DNA of 64,000 bases, taken from the NCBI GenBank assembly GCA_963778345.1, contig CAVZTP010000003.1, positions 41,408 through 105,407 of the forward strand. The letters run 5' to 3'. Source of the DNA: an uncultured Acidobacteriaceae bacterium (GTDB lineage: Bacteria; Acidobacteriota; Terriglobia; Bryobacterales; Bryobacteraceae). Below are positions 61,094-64,000 of this stretch, one piece after another. Under the pieces are notes generated by a model. It was given only the letters and a program-made list of their open reading frames with translations. It had not been told where the DNA came from and did not search any database. The position numbers were made by a program, and so were the translations under genes. The first letter of the stretch is position 1. Every line of letters begins with the position of its first letter.

Positions 61094-61924
61094 ATGCAAC
61101 AACCAAAACAATATCTATTCATCAGTGATTTCGACCAAACCCTAAGTTTCAACGATTCCGGCCTGGCATTGAGCAAATTGATCGGAGTGGATGGCTTTGA
61201 CGAGCGAGTAGCTGGGCTCTCTGAAATACATCTGGTGCAGCAGGGCGGGGAACTGTCCTATTTGCTGCTCCACGATCCGGAATTCCGGCGCGTTCGCAAG
61301 GAGCATTTGGCGGCCGTCGGAAAACAAATTCGCCTGAAGGAAAATATCGGATTGCTTTCCGATGTTCTTCGAGATCTCGACGGGCATGAGTTCTCTTTCC
61401 ACGTGGTTTCAGCCGCGCCCGAGGAGGTCATTCAGTCGGCGCTGGAGGGAATCGTTCCTCCGGAGCACATCCACGGGACACGTTTTCGGTACGATCCGGA
61501 TTCCGGTGAAATCGAATCGATCATACGGCTTCCCGCTGGTTATGGAAAAGTCGCGGTCGTGGATCAGCTAAGGGCCCAGATGCGGATCGGGCACGACAGT
61601 CTGGTCTATGTCGGGGATGGCGGCTCCGACGTTCACGTGATGCTTCATGTGAACCGCCTGGACGGGCTTACGATCGCGGTATCGGAGAACAAATATCTGA
61701 CTCCGATCGCGAGACGCACGATTCTTAGCGACGATGCGACCAGCGTTCTGGTGCCGATCCTCGAAGATCTCTTCGGGTGGAACTCGACCAAGATCCGCGG
61801 GTTCTTCGAATCGCACGGCCTGGCGGTTCAGGAGTGGGACAAGGTGCGGACAGATTCGATTACGCTTTGCCGGACCGCTACGCTTGGGCCGACGGCGCTT
61901 TTGACGGATGCTCCGGTGAATTAA
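61094..61924 (+). CDS. HAD-superfamily hydrolase (phosphoserine-phosphatase-like)
   Basis: Motif I ISDFDQTL and motif [12 protein letters not shown]. 276 aa. Confidence 0.75.
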   Translation: MQQPKQYLFISDFDQTLSFNDSGLALSKLIGVDGFDERVAGLSEIHLVQQGGELSYLLLHDPEFRRVRKEHLAAVGKQIRLKENIGLLSDVLRDLDGHEFSFHVVSAAPEEVIQSALEGIVPPEHIHGTRFRYDPDSGEIESIIRLPAGYGKVAVVDQLRAQMRIGHDSLVYVGDGGSDVHVMLHVNRLDGLTIAVSENKYLTPIARRTILSDDATSVLVPILEDLFGWNSTKIRGFFESHGLAVQEWDKVRTDSITLCRTATLGPTALLTDAPVN

Positions 61925-62041
61925 GAGCCCAGTGGCTCCGCTTCTCTTGTCGTATGATCGCGGTAAGTACGGAAACGAGCGCGTTGTTGCGCCAGGCAGG
62001 GACGGTCCTCCCAGCGCGCCCGCCCTGGAGATAATCTAAAT

Positions 62042-64000
62042 TTTCCCACGACCTACATCTACGACTCGCTGGGACGGCAGATCCAAGTGAAAACAGCAGA
62101 TGGAGCCGTTGCTTGTACGAGCTATTCAGGAACCCAAGCCACAGTGACGGATCAAGCCGGACTGGTACGCACAAACGCCTACGATGCGATGGGGCGCCTG
62201 ACACAGGTGACGGAAGATCCGTTTGCAAACACGGCCTGCAACGGAATAGCGAGCCCGTCGCCACACCTGAACTACGCGACCGCGTACGCGTATGATGCGT
62301 TAAATGACCTAACGGCGGTAAACCAAGCCGGGCAGACGCGCATTTTTGCGTACGACTCATTGAAGCACCTTACCTCGGCGGTCAACCCCGAGAGCGGAAC
62401 GATTTCCTATACATACGACAACGCCGGCAATCTGCAAACGAGGACCGATAACCGCGGCGTCGCGACAAACTACAGGTACGACGTCTCCTATCGGTTGCTG
62501 CAACAGAGCTATTCTGACGGGACGCCAACAGTAAACTATGGATACGACGCGCCCGGCGTAACGAATTCAAACGGACATTTGACGAGTATCGCCAATTCCA
62601 GTTCGACGACCAGATTTTCTGGATTCGATAACGTGGGAAACGTGTTGTCTACGCAAGCATGTAATCTCAGGACAGACCTACACCCTCACTTACGCTTACA
62701 ATCTCGCTGGTGCGCTGACGAGCAAGACCTACCCATCAGGGCGAGTGATGACAAATGGCTATGACGGAGCGAATCGGATTATTCAGGTGAGCGGGGCCTA
62801 CGGCGGCCCGGCAACCAGCTATGTGAGTCAGTTGAACTACTCGCCACAAAATACGCCGAATTCCTATTATTACGCCAACAATGTGGCAAGGACGTACACT
62901 TACAATAGCCGGCTACAACCGGGCTGCATGTGGGACGCGGTCAACAACGACCCGAAGTTTTATCTATTCTCGACTTGTCCCAACTGGGGCGGAAGCAACA
63001 ATAACGGAAATCTGCAGGGGAACACTCAGTCTGAAGGCGGTCCCGGCCCGCTGGGAACACTGACGACGTATCAAGACAGCTTCTCCTATGATGGAGCGAA
63101 CCGGCTGACGAGCGGTACGGAATCCAGTCCGTCGTGCGGCGGGACCTGCTGGACACGAACGCATCAATATGACGCATTCGGCAACATGTGGGTAACTTCC
63201 AACGGCGGCTTACCGAATGTGACCGGCCCGACCTCGAACGTGTTCAACTCCAGCAACCAGATTTCGGGCGTACAGTACGATCCGGCAGGAAATCAATTAA
63301 TAGTGAACGGAAACACTTTGAACTACGACGCGGAAAACCGCCAGATTTCGGCGACCGAACCGCCGTCTCTGGGAGGCGGTACCGAGAGCTATTTCTATGA
63401 TGGCAAAGGACAGCGCGTGGAGAAGTCGGGACCGAGTGGGACGATAGTGTACGTGTACGATGCCTTTGGCCGATTGGCAGCGGAGTATTCCGACGGCCCG
63501 ACAGTAACCCCGGCCTGTCAGACGTGTTATTTGAGCTATGATCATCTGGGCACCGTGCGGATGGTGACGGACGCCACCGCGCAAGTGATCGCACGGCATG
63601 ACTACGTGCCGTTTGGCGAAGAGATTCTGCCTCCCTACGCGGGGAGGGGCGCGTCGCAAAGCGGCATTTCGAATTTCGGCGCCCCGGACAGCGTGAGCCA
63701 GCGGTTTACTGGCCAATTCCGCGATTCGGAAACCGGCGAGGACTTTTTCAACGCGCGCTATTTCACCGGGACGCTCGGTAGGTTCAATAGCCCAGATCCC
63801 GGAAATGCAGGTGCAAGTCCAGCCAACCCTCAGGATTGGAATGCTTACAGCTATGTGGGAAATAATCCGCTGAATGCGACAGATCCCGCTGGCTTGGCAC
63901 GAATTGATCAAGACGGGCTGAACCTGATTAGGGCGGACCTGGGGCTAGGTCAGGACCCATGGACTGGCGGGTGTGCCGGTGGTTTCCTGGCCTGCGGCGG
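62042..64000 (+). pseudogene. 5'-truncated Rhs/YD-repeat protein fragment with core end and start of a C-terminal toxin tip (3' end outside window)
   Basis: YD repeats: TTYIYDSLGRQ, YAYDALNDLT, YTYDNAGNLQTRTD, YFYDGKGQRVEK. One frame change near ~62655 (ORF 62087..62764, then an open frame to the window end). Core end: RYFTGTLGRFNSPDP...NPLNATDPAGL (DPAGL at 63882-63896). No N-terminal region or start is present. Confidence 0.8.

Overview
GC-rich bacterial window. It is probably from an Acidobacteriota-like soil organism; this is an inference from two CarboxypepD_reg-type TonB-dependent receptors, a group 1h [NiFe]-hydrogenase cluster and dispersed CACGGTCGCGGT REP-like elements.

Layout:
- 1-6.1 kb: galK-like, sugar nucleotidyltransferase and MFS sugar porter genes (all three apparently frame-disrupted), then tyrS and an aldehyde dehydrogenase.
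- 6.2-20.9 kb: an accessory island. It holds a hypothetical gene, an orphan phage terminase small/large pair, a four-helix-bundle gene, a Uma2 nuclease gene, a type I-G (formerly I-U)-like CRISPR-Cas locus, and a DUF4160/DUF2442 pair. The cas gene order is csb1/cas7, csb2, cas3, a small Cas8-like ORF, cas2, then a cas4-cas1 fusion. The array has 9 identical 36-bp repeats and 8 spacers.
- 20.9-34.6 kb, minus strand: a complete group 1h (Hhy-type) hydrogenase and hyp maturation cluster.
- 34.6-35.9 kb: a zone of gene fragments bracketed by REP-like repeats.
- 35.9-38.2 kb: a cytochrome b-molybdopterin oxidoreductase fusion followed by an HPP protein.
- 38.3-56.5 kb: carbohydrate-uptake loci (two TonB-dependent receptors, glycoside hydrolases including GH42, LacI regulator, SSS transporter).
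- 56.6-60.5 kb: a response regulator and a dual-core hybrid histidine kinase.
- 61-64 kb: a HAD hydrolase and a 5'-truncated Rhs/YD-repeat fragment whose toxin tip runs off the window.

Most interesting signals:
- A divergently oriented crRNA-like mini-array lies between the Uma2 gene and the cas operon. It consists of an 8-nt handle remnant, a 36-nt pseudo-spacer, and a repeat copy whose stem is kept by a compensatory base-pair change. The architecture resembles CreA/CreR-type Cas-regulating RNAs.
- The interference genes (csb2, cas3, probably the Cas8-like ORF) carry many frame changes and in-frame stops. cas7, cas2, cas4-cas1 and the perfectly uniform array look intact.
- Two (GGAGACA)n heptamer tracts bracket the CRISPR island.

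Apparent frameshifts and nonsense codons are unevenly spread across the window. They need read-level verification.
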